DNA of 64,000 nucleotides from Candidatus Dadabacteria bacterium (GTDB lineage Bacteria; Desulfobacterota_D; UBA1144; Nemesobacterales; Mycalebacteriaceae): NCBI GenBank assembly GCA_026708565.1, contig JAPOUR010000032.1, positions 9,081 to 73,080 of the forward strand, read 5' to 3'. Shown piece by piece: positions 1 to 8,678 of this stretch (position 1 is its first letter; each line of letters starts with the position of its first letter). The notes under the pieces were generated by a model. It saw only the letters and a program-made list of their open reading frames with translations, ran no database searches and was not told where the DNA came from. The position numbers and the translations under genes were made by a program.

Positions 1-3000
1 TATGAAGCAAGCGCGAGCGGAGACAGTTCCATCTCTTTGGGTCATAGGGCAAAGGCAGGCGGGAATAGTTCCACTGCCTTGGGTCAGGCGGCTCAAGCGC
101 TGGATGTAAACACAACCGTTGTGGGTCAAGGAGCAAAAGCGGACAAAGCAAACTCTACAGCAATCGGACAGGCAGCTTATGTGAAGGGGCCGGATTCCAC
201 CTCCCTCGGTTACTTGGCAAATGCAAGCGGAGAAAGTTCAACGGCGCTTGGAGCAATGGCGCAGGCAAAAGGGCTTTTTTCAATGGCGGCGGGAACGGAA
301 ACAAACGCCGCCGGTGATTCCTCAACCGCGCTTGGGCAGGAGGCTCTGGCATTGAGCGACTCATCATCGGCATTGGGGCAAGAGGCGCGCGCAAACGGGT
401 ATGCGTCAACCGCAATCGGACATAAGGCACAGGCGACCGGGAGCAATTCTGCGGCATTCGGACAGAGTGCGGCCGCCAGAGGTGTTAGCACAACCGCGCT
501 GGGGCAGAGGGCATGGGCTGAGGGTGAAGAATCAACTGCGGTAGGTATGGATGCGCGGGCTATAGGTAATGAGTCAACTGCGATAGGTAAGGAAGCATGG
601 GCGAACATGAAGGCGTCAACCGCGCTTGGAGCGTATGCAAACGCCGCCGGAAATTCTTCTACCGCGCTTGGGCAGGAGGCTCTGGCATTGAGCGACTCAT
701 CATCGGCATTGGGGCAAGAGGCGCGCGCAAACGGGTATGCGTCAACCGCAATCGGACATAAGGCACAGGCGACCGGGAGCAATTCTGCGGCATTCGGACA
801 GAGTGCGGCCGCCAGAGGTGTTAGCACAACCGCGCTGGGGCAGATGGCACGGGCTGAGGGTGAAGACTCAACTGCGGTAGGTAAGGAAGCATGGGCGCAT
901 AAGAAGGCGTCAACGGCTCTTGGAGCGTATGCAAACGCCTCCAAAGATTCTTCAACCGCATTGGGACAGGGGGCGGAGGCGTTTGGCGTATCGTCATCGG
1001 CATTGGGGCATGCGGCGCGGGCGACCGGAGGCAATTCTGCGGCGGTTGGACAGGGGGCAAATGCGAGCGGGCATAACGCAACTGCATTGGGGCAAAAGGC
1101 ATGGGCGGCGGGTGAATCCTCAACGGCGGTGGGACAGACAACTTGGGCGCATATGAAAGCGTCAACCGCGCTTGGAGCGCATGCGAATGCCGCAGGTGAT
1201 TCTTCAACCGCGCTTGGGCAGGGGGCGTATGCAAAAGGCGATTCTTCGTCAGCATTGGGGCATCTGGCAAATGCCACCGGACTTGCGTCAACCGCAATCG
1301 GGCAGGATACACGGGCGAGCGGGGGCAACTCATCGGCATTTGGACAGGGGGCAAATGCAAGCGGTCATAACGCAACCGCATTGGGGCAAAAGGCGTGGGC
1401 TGCGGGTGAATCCTCAACGGCAGTGGGACAGATAACTTGGGCGCATAAAAAAGCATCAACTGCGCTTGGAGCGCATGCGAACGCCGCAGGTGATTCTTCA
1501 ACCGCGCTTGGGCAGGGGGCGTATGCAAAAGGCGATTCTTCGTCAGCATTGGGGCATCTGGCAAATGCCACCGGACTTGCGTCAACCGCAATCGGGCAGG
1601 ATACACGGGCGAGCGGGGGCAACTCATCGGCATTTGGACAGGGGGCACAAGCAATGGGACTTTCCTCAACTGCGGTCGGAATGGGCGCTTGGGCGCACAA
1701 GAGATCATCAACCGCTCTCGGAACGGGAGCGAATGCCGCCGGTGATTCTTCAACTGCTCTTGGAGCCAAAGCAGTTGCCAGTAAAGCAGGCACGGTTGCG
1801 GTTGGTTTTGAGGCAACGGCAAGAGGGGAAAAGTCAACGGCGTTGGGGCAGTCAGCAACCGCAAGCGGGGGAAAGTCAACGGCGCTGGGACAGGCAGCAA
1901 CGGCAAGCGGGCCACAGTCAACGGCGCTGGGACAGATAGCAACCGCAAGCGGAGAACAGTCAACAGCGTTGGGACAGATGTCAGCCGCAAGCGGAGAACA
2001 GTCAACAGCGTTGGGATGGATGGCTACGGGAAGTGCTCACATGGCAACGGCAATCGGAGCATGGTCGCGAGCGATTGAAAAGCACTCAACGGCTGTGGGT
2101 CAAGATTCAGTGGCATCCGGGCGGAATTCAACTGCTTTGGGACATGTGGCAAGGGCAAGCGGTCACAATTCCATTGCTTTGGGTCAGGGAGCACAAGCCA
2201 CCGGCACGGATGCAATAGCAATCGGGCGCGGTATAACAGCCGGAGACGACCAGATACAAATCGGTGACGCCTCTTTTGCCGATGTCAGAATCGGGAAATA
2301 CAACCTTGCCGATTTTGCAAGCGGTGGAGGGGGTTGTGGAAGCGCAATAGCAACCGGATTTCAATCGACTGCCTATTGTGAAAACGCCGTTGCGAGCGGA
2401 GACAATTCTGCGGCGTTTGGTTATGGAGCGACCGCAAACGCGCAGGGCGCAACGGCGCTGGGTCAGGCGGCGGTTGCCAACGGTGGGGCCTCAACGGCTT
2501 TGGGGCGGGGTTCGCGAGCGTCCGGTGAATCCTCAACAGCTGTGGGACATGGGGCGAGGGCAATGGATCAATTTTCAACATCTCTGGGATATCTTGCAAA
2601 GGCGCACGGTAGAAGGTCAACGGCTATTGGAACATGGGCGAGTGCGATCGGTATCAAAACAACATCTTTAGGGCACTTCGCACAGGCAAGCGGAGCCAAT
2701 TCAACATCTTTGGGGCAAGAAGCCCTGGCAAGCGGTGTAGCAACAACAGCAGTGGGGCAATACGCGCGGGCAAGCAGAGACAGGTCAACATCTTTGGGGC
2801 AGAAGGCACAGGCAAACAGAGTGCGCTCCACCGCGATAGGACAGGTGGCTCAAGCGTTGGGCAGAGACTCAACCGCCGTAGGACAGGGGGCGGAAGCAAC
2901 CCGCAACTCTACAACAGCAGTGGGGCAATACGCACGGGCAACCGGAGCCAATTCAACATCTTTGGGACGGGACGGACTGGCAAGCGGTGAAGACTCCACC

Positions 3001-6000
3001 GCGATAGGACAGGCGGCTCAAGCAACCGTAACAGCAACAGGAGCAATTGCGGTTGGCAAGGGGGCGCAAGCCACCGACACGGACGCAGTAGCAATCGGGC
3101 GCGGTATAACAGCCGGAGAGGACCAGATACAAATCGGTAACGCCTCTTTTGCCGATGTCAGAATCGGGAGATACAACCTTGCTGAGTTTTTAACCGATGG
3201 TAGCAGTTGTGAAAATGCAATTGCAACCGGATTTCAATCAACTGCTTGCGGAAGAGCCTTTGCAACCGGAGACAATTCTGCGGCGTTTGGTTATGAAGCA
3301 AACGCAAGCGGAGACAGTTCCACCGCTTTGGGGCATGGAGCAAGGGCAAGCGGGCAATACTCAACGGCGCTGGGACAGACAGCAAGGGCAAGCGGAGAAC
3401 AGTCAACAGCACTGGGATGGATGGCTATGGGAAATGCTCACAAAGCAACGGCAATCGGAGCATGGTCGCGAGCGACCAATAGGCACTCAACGGCTGTGGG
3501 TCAAGATTCATTTGCATCCGGGCGGAATTCAACATCTTTGGGACATGGGGCAAGGGCAAGCGGTCACAATTCCATCGTTTTAGGTCAGAGAGCGCAAGCC
3601 ACGGCAACGGGAGCCATTGCGGTCGGCGTGGGTTCGCAAGCCACCGACACGGATGCAATAGCAATTGGGCGCGGTATAACAGCCGGAGATGACCAGATAC
3701 AAATCGGTGACGCCTCTTTTGCCGATGTCAGAATCGGGAAATACAACCTTGCCGATTTTGCAAGCGGTGGAGGGGGTTGTGGAAGCGCAATAGCAACCGG
3801 ATTTCAATCGACTGCCTATTGTGAAAACGCCGTTGCGAGCGGAGACAATTCTGCGGCGTTTGGTTATGGAGCGACCGCAAACGCGCAGGGCGCAACGGCG
3901 CTGGGTCAGGCGGCGGTTGCCAACGGTGGGGCCTCAACGGCTTTGGGGCGGGGTTCGCGAGCGTCCGGTGAATCCTCAACAGCTGTGGGACATGGGGCGA
4001 GGGCAATGGATCAATTTTCAACATCTCTGGGATATCTTGCAAAGGCGCACGGTAGAAGGTCAACGGCTATTGGAACATGGGCGAGTGCGATCGGTATCAA
4101 AACAACATCTTTAGGGCACTTCGCACAGGCAAGCGGAGCCAATTCAACATCTTTGGGGCAAGAAGCCCTGGCAAGCGGTGTAGCAACAACAGCAGTGGGG
4201 CAATACGCGCGGGCAAGCAGAGACAGGTCAACATCTTTGGGGCAGAAGGCACAGGCAAACAGAGTGCGCTCCACCGCGATAGGACAGGTGGCTCAAGCGT
4301 TGGGCAGAGACTCAACCGCCGTAGGACAGGGGGCGGAAGCAACCCGCAACTCTACAACAGCAGTGGGGCAATACGCACGGGCAACCGGAGCCAATTCAAC
4401 ATCTTTGGGACGGGACGGACTGGCAAGCGGTGAAGACTCCACCGCGATAGGACAGGCGGCTCAAGCAACCGGTAGCGCCTCAACAGCAGTAGGGCAATAC
4501 GCACAGGCAACCGGTGAGGACTCCACCGCGACAGGACAGGCGGCTCAAGCGTTGGGCATATACTCAACCGCCTTAGGGCAGGGGGCGAAAGCAACCAAGA
4601 ATAACACAACGGCGGTGGGTCAGGGAGCCACGGCGACCGGGCTCAGGGCAACGGCGTTTGGACAGTCTGCCAATGCAAGCAGGGATGATACAACGGCAAT
4701 CGGGCGGATTGCAACGGCGCTGGGGGTCAGTTCAACGGCGGTGGGTCACAACACACGGGCAAGTGGAGACGGCGCAACGGCGGTAGGTCAGTTTGCGTAT
4801 GCGACTGCCAACGGCGCAACGGCGGTGGGACAGGGGACGAATGCCATAGGTGTAAGGTCAACCGTTGTCGGTCAGAGCGCGAAATCAACTCTTGGTAATG
4901 CAGTTGCCATCGGGCACGGAGCGCAAACGCTTGGTGCAAACTCATCGGTGGTAGGCAAGGGGGCTTCTGCGTCTGAGCGTGACAGCGTTGCCATTGGTCA
5001 CTTGGCTCGTGTAACCGCACTTGACGCCGTTGCAATTGGAGCGGACGCAATAGTGAACAAAGATGGCGGTATCGCCATAGGGCGACATGCGTTTGCCGGT
5101 TCTTTAACCGTGTATCCTGCTACCGGCGCAATCGCCATAGGACGGAGCGCGCGAGCAACATACAACGATGCAATAGCCATAGGTCGTGATGTAACCGCCG
5201 GTGAGAGCAGATACTCTCATGGGCAAATCCGCATTGGCAATGTAAATCAGTCCGATGTGCGGATTGGGGCTTATAACCTTTTTAACTTGTTGGGAGACCA
5301 GTTACCACAAGAGTCGCCTCCCCGTATCCCCGAACCGCCGCGCCCCCCGATTCAAAGCGAGGTTGATGGTGCTTCCGCTGGTGTCAGAGGAGCGGAGGCA
5401 AAGGCGAAAAGTCCGATTGCTCAGGCTGGCGGTATAGAAGTAGATCATTCCCGCCGCTCCACAAATTCCGAGGGGACTATACAAGTGGGCGTAAACGGGT
5501 CGGCTTACGGCTACGGCGCAACAGCGGCAACTAACTCAGTGGCTATAGGAGCGGATGCATCGGCAGAAGGAGAAGGCGGAATTGCCATCGGGCACGGTGT
5601 TGTTGTAGGCGGAGAGAACATTGCAATAGGCAGAAACCATGTGCAGGGGGTGCGTATCGGCGCATACGACATCGCCGCACTAAACGCCGCAATCGGCACC
5701 TACACCGACACCGCAAGCCACAGCGAAACCGCAAGCGCCCATGCGCGTATCAATAAAAACCGCTACGACATCGGTAAATCACGGGAGGAATACCGCAAGG
5801 GTATCGCCATGGCAATGGCTCAACAATTTCTGCCCGTTGAGAAAGACTCACGGGCAAGGTTCGGCATGACAAGTTCCGGCTACCGGGGCGAATTCGGCAT
5901 CGGAGTAAGCGCGGGTGTCCGCCTGACCGACCGGATACAATTCCATCTGAGCGGGGCGGCCGATACGGGGTTTGATGAGAAGGCGTTCAAAACGGGGTTT

Positions 6001-6018
6001 GACATCCAGTTCAAGTAA
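1..6018 (+). CDS. Trimeric autotransporter adhesin (YadA/Hep_Hag head-repeat family), 5'-partial. It has more than 1990 aa of GxxSTA(L/I)GxxAxAxG head repeats, a Pro-rich linker (PQESPPRIPEPPRPPIQ) and a YadA-like anchor (GIAMAMAQQFLP...).
   Basis: Frame 1 is open from base 1, so the gene continues upstream of the window. There are dozens of about 14-aa Hep_Hag-like repeats, a C-terminal anchor motif, and an intrinsic terminator immediately downstream. Confidence 0.8.
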   Translation, partial: YEASASGDSSISLGHRAKAGGNSSTALGQAAQALDVNTTVVGQGAKADKANSTAIGQAAYVKGPDSTSLGYLANASGESSTALGAMAQAKGLFSMAAGTETNAAGDSSTALGQEALALSDSSSALGQEARANGYASTAIGHKAQATGSNSAAFGQSAAARGVSTTALGQRAWAEGEESTAVGMDARAIGNESTAIGKEAWANMKASTALGAYANAAGNSSTALGQEALALSDSSSALGQEARANGYASTAIGHKAQATGSNSAAFGQSAAARGVSTTALGQMARAEGEDSTAVGKEAWAHKKASTALGAYANASKDSSTALGQGAEAFGVSSSALGHAARATGGNSAAVGQGANASGHNATALGQKAWAAGESSTAVGQTTWAHMKASTALGAHANAAGDSSTALGQGAYAKGDSSSALGHLANATGLASTAIGQDTRASGGNSSAFGQGANASGHNATALGQKAWAAGESSTAVGQITWAHKKASTALGAHANAAGDSSTALGQGAYAKGDSSSALGHLANATGLASTAIGQDTRASGGNSSAFGQGAQAMGLSSTAVGMGAWAHKRSSTALGTGANAAGDSSTALGAKAVASKAGTVAVGFEATARGEKSTALGQSATASGGKSTALGQAATASGPQSTALGQIATASGEQSTALGQMSAASGEQSTALGWMATGSAHMATAIGAWSRAIEKHSTAVGQDSVASGRNSTALGHVARASGHNSIALGQGAQATGTDAIAIGRGITAGDDQIQIGDASFADVRIGKYNLADFASGGGGCGSAIATGFQSTAYCENAVASGDNSAAFGYGATANAQGATALGQAAVANGGASTALGRGSRASGESSTAVGHGARAMDQFSTSLGYLAKAHGRRSTAIGTWASAIGIKTTSLGHFAQASGANSTSLGQEALASGVATTAVGQYARASRDRSTSLGQKAQANRVRSTAIGQVAQALGRDSTAVGQGAEATRNSTTAVGQYARATGANSTSLGRDGLASGEDSTAIGQAAQATVTATGAIAVGKGAQATDTDAVAIGRGITAGEDQIQIGNASFADVRIGRYNLAEFLTDGSSCENAIATGFQSTACGRAFATGDNSAAFGYEANASGDSSTALGHGARASGQYSTALGQTARASGEQSTALGWMAMGNAHKATAIGAWSRATNRHSTAVGQDSFASGRNSTSLGHGARASGHNSIVLGQRAQATATGAIAVGVGSQATDTDAIAIGRGITAGDDQIQIGDASFADVRIGKYNLADFASGGGGCGSAIATGFQSTAYCENAVASGDNSAAFGYGATANAQGATALGQAAVANGGASTALGRGSRASGESSTAVGHGARAMDQFSTSLGYLAKAHGRRSTAIGTWASAIGIKTTSLGHFAQASGANSTSLGQEALASGVATTAVGQYARASRDRSTSLGQKAQANRVRSTAIGQVAQALGRDSTAVGQGAEATRNSTTAVGQYARATGANSTSLGRDGLASGEDSTAIGQAAQATGSASTAVGQYAQATGEDSTATGQAAQALGIYSTALGQGAKATKNNTTAVGQGATATGLRATAFGQSANASRDDTTAIGRIATALGVSSTAVGHNTRASGDGATAVGQFAYATANGATAVGQGTNAIGVRSTVVGQSAKSTLGNAVAIGHGAQTLGANSSVVGKGASASERDSVAIGHLARVTALDAVAIGADAIVNKDGGIAIGRHAFAGSLTVYPATGAIAIGRSARATYNDAIAIGRDVTAGESRYSHGQIRIGNVNQSDVRIGAYNLFNLLGDQLPQESPPRIPEPPRPPIQSEVDGASAGVRGAEAKAKSPIAQAGGIEVDHSRRSTNSEGTIQVGVNGSAYGYGATAATNSVAIGADASAEGEGGIAIGHGVVVGGENIAIGRNHVQGVRIGAYDIAALNAAIGTYTDTASHSETASAHARINKNRYDIGKSREEYRKGIAMAMAQQFLPVEKDSRARFGMTSSGYRGEFGIGVSAGVRLTDRIQFHLSGAADTGFDEKAFKTGFDIQFK
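304..975. repeat. Imperfect tandem duplication inside the TAA gene. The unit is about 336 bp; copy 2 lacks a 42-bp segment, and about 180 bp are 100% identical (334-516 versus 670-852).
   Basis: Direct sequence comparison. The encoded block NAAGxSSTALGQEALALSDSSSALGQEARANGYASTAIGHKAQATGSNSAAFGQSAAARGVSTTALGQ occurs twice. Confidence 0.85.
1035..1622. repeat. Tandem duplication inside the TAA gene, two copies of a 294-bp unit at about 95% identity.
   Basis: 1035-1328 matches 1329-1622. The encoded 98-aa block GANASGHNATALGQKAWAAGESSTAVGQ.TWAH.KASTALGAHANAAGDSSTALGQGAYAKGDSSSALGHLANATGLASTAIGQDTRASGG is repeated. Confidence 0.85.
2196..3030. repeat. Copy 1 of a near-identical direct repeat of about 835 bp inside the TAA gene. 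The partner copy is at 3639..4470, a period of 1443 bp.
   Basis: The identical antisense ORF artefacts at 2285-2620 and 3728-4063 reveal the duplication. Flanking segments 1960-2195 and 3400-3638 are about 85% similar. Confidence 0.9.
3639..4470. repeat. Copy 2 of the near-identical direct repeat of about 835 bp inside the TAA gene.
   Basis: See copy 1. Identity ends at ...caggcggctcaagcaacc (3030 and 4470). Confidence 0.9.
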
Positions 6019-6040
6019 TGGCGTTGCTCAACGGTTCATA

Positions 6041-6073
6041 AAAAAGGCGGCTCTTTCGGGAGCCGCCTTTTTA
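6041..6073. terminator. Rho-independent terminator. The stem is ggcggctc/gagccgcc with loop tttcgg; it is preceded by an A5 run and followed by a T5 run, so it may act bidirectionally.
   Basis: GC-rich hairpin followed by a T-tract 23 bp after the TAA stop codon. Confidence 0.7.
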
Positions 6074-6159
6074 TACCCCGCCCCTACGGCTTACTCGGAA
6101 TGACAGGCAGGGGGGAGTTTTGTTTGCGGACAAATCCGTTATTATTCAATCCGTCAAAA

Positions 6160-6233
6160 CGGGGTGTAGCTCAGATTGGTAGAGCGTTGCGTTCGGGACG
6201 CAGAGGTCGCTGGTTCAAGTCCAGTCACCCCGA
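6160..6233 (+). tRNA. tRNA-Pro, anticodon CGG.
   Basis: Cloverleaf folded by hand: a fully Watson-Crick 7-bp acceptor stem, D-arm GCTC/GAGC, anticodon loop TTCGGGA with G37, T-loop TTCAAGT. No CCA is encoded. Confidence 0.85.
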
Positions 6234-6255
6234 AAAAGACGGAACATTGCCGGAA

Positions 6256-7350
6256 ATGGAATTTTTGAAAACAAAAAGCCGCGTTGTTGTCGCCATGAGC
6301 GGAGGGGTGGACTCATCCACAGTCGCCGCCATGCTCAAAGATAAAGGGCACGAGGTCATCGGAATAACCATGCAACTGTGGGACTACGGAGAGTCCTCCG
6401 GCGGCTGTTGCTCGGCGGACGAAGTGAGAGACGCAAGAAATGTTGCGCGGCAGATCGGCATACCGCACTATGTCGCCAACTATATGGAGCCGTTTAAAAA
6501 AACGGTGGTCTCCGATTTTATTGACAACTACAAGTCCGGGCAAACCCCCGTTCCGTGCACCCTTTGCAACCAGTTTATGAAGTTTGACCTGCTGCTCCGG
6601 CGAGCAAGAGAACTCGGCGCGGACGCGCTTGCCACCGGACACTACGCGCAAGTGAAAAATGAAAGCGGGGGCAGGGCGCTTTTTAAGGGCGTTGATGACG
6701 GAAAAGACCAGACATACTTTCTCTGGACGCTCAAGCAGCGGGAACTCAAGCGGCTTGTGTTCCCGCTCGGAGAGAGCACAAAAACCGAAGTCAGAGAAAA
6801 AGCGCGCGCCTTCGGGCTTGATGTGGCGGAAAAACCGGAAAGCATGGGAGTGTGCTTTCTGACCGGAGGGGACTACAGAAACTTTCTCCGCATGAAAACC
6901 GGCGGAAACCTCGCGCCGGAGGGCGACATGGTTGACACCGGCGGCAATAAAATAGGCGGCCACAAGGGCGTCCATTCATACACGGTCGGGCAGAGAAAGG
7001 GCCTCGGAATACCGACAACGGACAGCGAAAGCAACCCCAAATATGTGGTGGAAATAAATGCGGAAAAAAACAGGGTCGTGGTCGGAAGCGAGCGGGACCT
7101 CTACAGCGGAGGGCTTGTGGCGGAAGGGCTGTCATGGGTGAAAAGCGCTCCGCCCGGAAAAAGCCGCGTCCGCGCGAAAATAAGGCACAGGCACAGGGAG
7201 GAGGACGCGGTCATTGAAATAAACGGCGATGCGGCGGCGGTAACATTCGCAGACCCCCAGAGGGCGGTAACTCCGGGGCAGGCCGTTGTGTTTTATGACA
7301 AGGGCGAAGTGCTTGGCGGCGGCTGGATAAAAAAGGCGCTGCCCGTTTGA
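6256..7350 (+). CDS. mnmA: tRNA-specific 2-thiouridylase MnmA.
   Basis: N-terminus MEFLKTKSRVVVAMSGGVDSS (PP-loop SGGxDSS); 364 aa. The ORF-track start at 6100 would overlap the tRNA and is rejected. Confidence 0.85.
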   Translation: MEFLKTKSRVVVAMSGGVDSSTVAAMLKDKGHEVIGITMQLWDYGESSGGCCSADEVRDARNVARQIGIPHYVANYMEPFKKTVVSDFIDNYKSGQTPVPCTLCNQFMKFDLLLRRARELGADALATGHYAQVKNESGGRALFKGVDDGKDQTYFLWTLKQRELKRLVFPLGESTKTEVREKARAFGLDVAEKPESMGVCFLTGGDYRNFLRMKTGGNLAPEGDMVDTGGNKIGGHKGVHSYTVGQRKGLGIPTTDSESNPKYVVEINAEKNRVVVGSERDLYSGGLVAEGLSWVKSAPPGKSRVRAKIRHRHREEDAVIEINGDAAAVTFADPQRAVTPGQAVVFYDKGEVLGGGWIKKALPV

Positions 7351-8678
7351 AAATTTTTCGTATGGAACAGTTGCGAAAAAAAACCGTCTCGGTGGTTACC
7401 CTCGGATGCAAGGCAAACCAGTATGACACCGCCGCCATGCTGTCACGGCTACCGGGGAGCGGATATGAAATTAACAAACGGTTTTCGGACAGGGCGGACG
7501 TTTATATTATTGACACCTGCACCGTAACCGGCAAGGCGGACTCGGAGGCGAGAAACTACGCGCGCCGCGCAAAAAAATCCAACCCCTCCGGTGTGGTGGT
7601 GATGACCGGCTGCTACGCCCAGGTGTCGCCCGAAGAAATCTCCTCCCTGAAATGCGTTGACTATGTGGTGGGAAACTCCCACAAGTTTCCCGCTCTGGCG
7701 GAGATTGTGAGGAAGGGAAACCCGCAGACCGCGGCGCGGATTTTTGTGTCCGACCTGTTTGCCGACAAAAAAAGAAAGTTTGAATCGCCGGGCATAAGCG
7801 CCTTTCCGGAGCGGACGCGGGCTTTTCTGAAAATTCAGGACGGATGCAACTACGCATGCTCATTTTGCATAATCCCGCGCGCGCGGGGAAGGTCAAGAAG
7901 TCTGCCGCCCGACGAGGTGGTCAGGCGGCTTGAGGTTCTTTACCAAAACGGATACCGGGAGGCCGTGCTGACGGGAATACACCTTGCCGGTTACGGGACG
8001 GACATCGGCAGTTCTCTTGTGTCCGTCCTCGCTCAAATTGAAGATTCACCCCGGCCCGCGCCAAAAATTCGCCTCAGCTCCCTTGACCCGGCGGACACCG
8101 GCGAGGAATTGATAAAGTTTTGCGGCGCGGCGGAATCAGTATGCGAGAGTTTTCACATATCACTCCAAAGCGGAGACGCCGGCATACTGAAAAAGATGAG
8201 ACGCCGTTACGGGCCGGGAGAGTTTGCGGACTGCGTGAACTCAATCAGGCAAACCATGCCGGACGCCTCCATAGGAACGGACATAATGGTCGGATTTCCC
8301 GGAGAAACCGATGACCGCTTCCGCAACACCGTGAAAATCGCCCGCGACTCTGCGCTGACCTATTTTCATGTTTTTCCGTATTCACCGAGAAAATACACAT
8401 CGGCAAGCATTATGAAAGACCCCGTGCCTGATGAAGTGAAAAAGGCGAGAAGCCTTGAAATGCGCGAACTGGGGGCGAAGAAAAAACACGAATTCTACAG
8501 GAGTTTCATAGGCAGAACCCTTCCGGCAATATCTGAAACCCGGTCAATCTGCATGACGGACAACTACATACCGGTCGCGGTTTCAGACCCGAACCTGAAG
8601 CCGGGCGTCAATCTGAAAGTGCGGATAAACTCGGTTTCCGGAGAAAAAGCCAAAGGATGCGTCTGCTCTTCCCGCTGA
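7347..8678 (+). CDS. Radical-SAM methylthiotransferase of the MiaB/RimO/MtaB family, likely a tRNA modification enzyme.
   Basis: MTTase N-terminal domain TLGCKANQYD, radical-SAM motif CNYACSFCIIP and a TRAM-like C-terminus. It overlaps the mnmA stop by 4 bp. Confidence 0.8.
   Translation: MKIFRMEQLRKKTVSVVTLGCKANQYDTAAMLSRLPGSGYEINKRFSDRADVYIIDTCTVTGKADSEARNYARRAKKSNPSGVVVMTGCYAQVSPEEISSLKCVDYVVGNSHKFPALAEIVRKGNPQTAARIFVSDLFADKKRKFESPGISAFPERTRAFLKIQDGCNYACSFCIIPRARGRSRSLPPDEVVRRLEVLYQNGYREAVLTGIHLAGYGTDIGSSLVSVLAQIEDSPRPAPKIRLSSLDPADTGEELIKFCGAAESVCESFHISLQSGDAGILKKMRRRYGPGEFADCVNSIRQTMPDASIGTDIMVGFPGETDDRFRNTVKIARDSALTYFHVFPYSPRKYTSASIMKDPVPDEVKKARSLEMRELGAKKKHEFYRSFIGRTLPAISETRSICMTDNYIPVAVSDPNLKPGVNLKVRINSVSGEKAKGCVCSSR

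Noticed and set aside
155-5734. Many antisense and out-of-frame ORFs inside the adhesin gene, such as 210..1328(-), 821..2005(-), 2285..2620(-) and 3728..4063(-), with repetitive CP.AV or Arg-rich translations.
   Set aside because: They are mirror images of the Hep_Hag repeat periodicity on the other strand or frame and have no start-site support. They wholly overlap a strongly supported CDS. Their only value is that identical copies flagged the 1443-bp duplication.
1-6018. Possibility that the regular about 42-bp periodicity of the adhesin gene represents a CRISPR array or other non-coding repeat.
   Set aside because: The repeats are degenerate and in frame, they encode the Hep_Hag motif, and there are no unique spacers. 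They are coding repeats.
6100-6255. N-terminal extension of the mnmA ORF starting at 6100.
   Set aside because: It reads straight through the tRNA-Pro gene at 6160-6233. The conserved MnmA N-terminus begins at the ATG at 6256.
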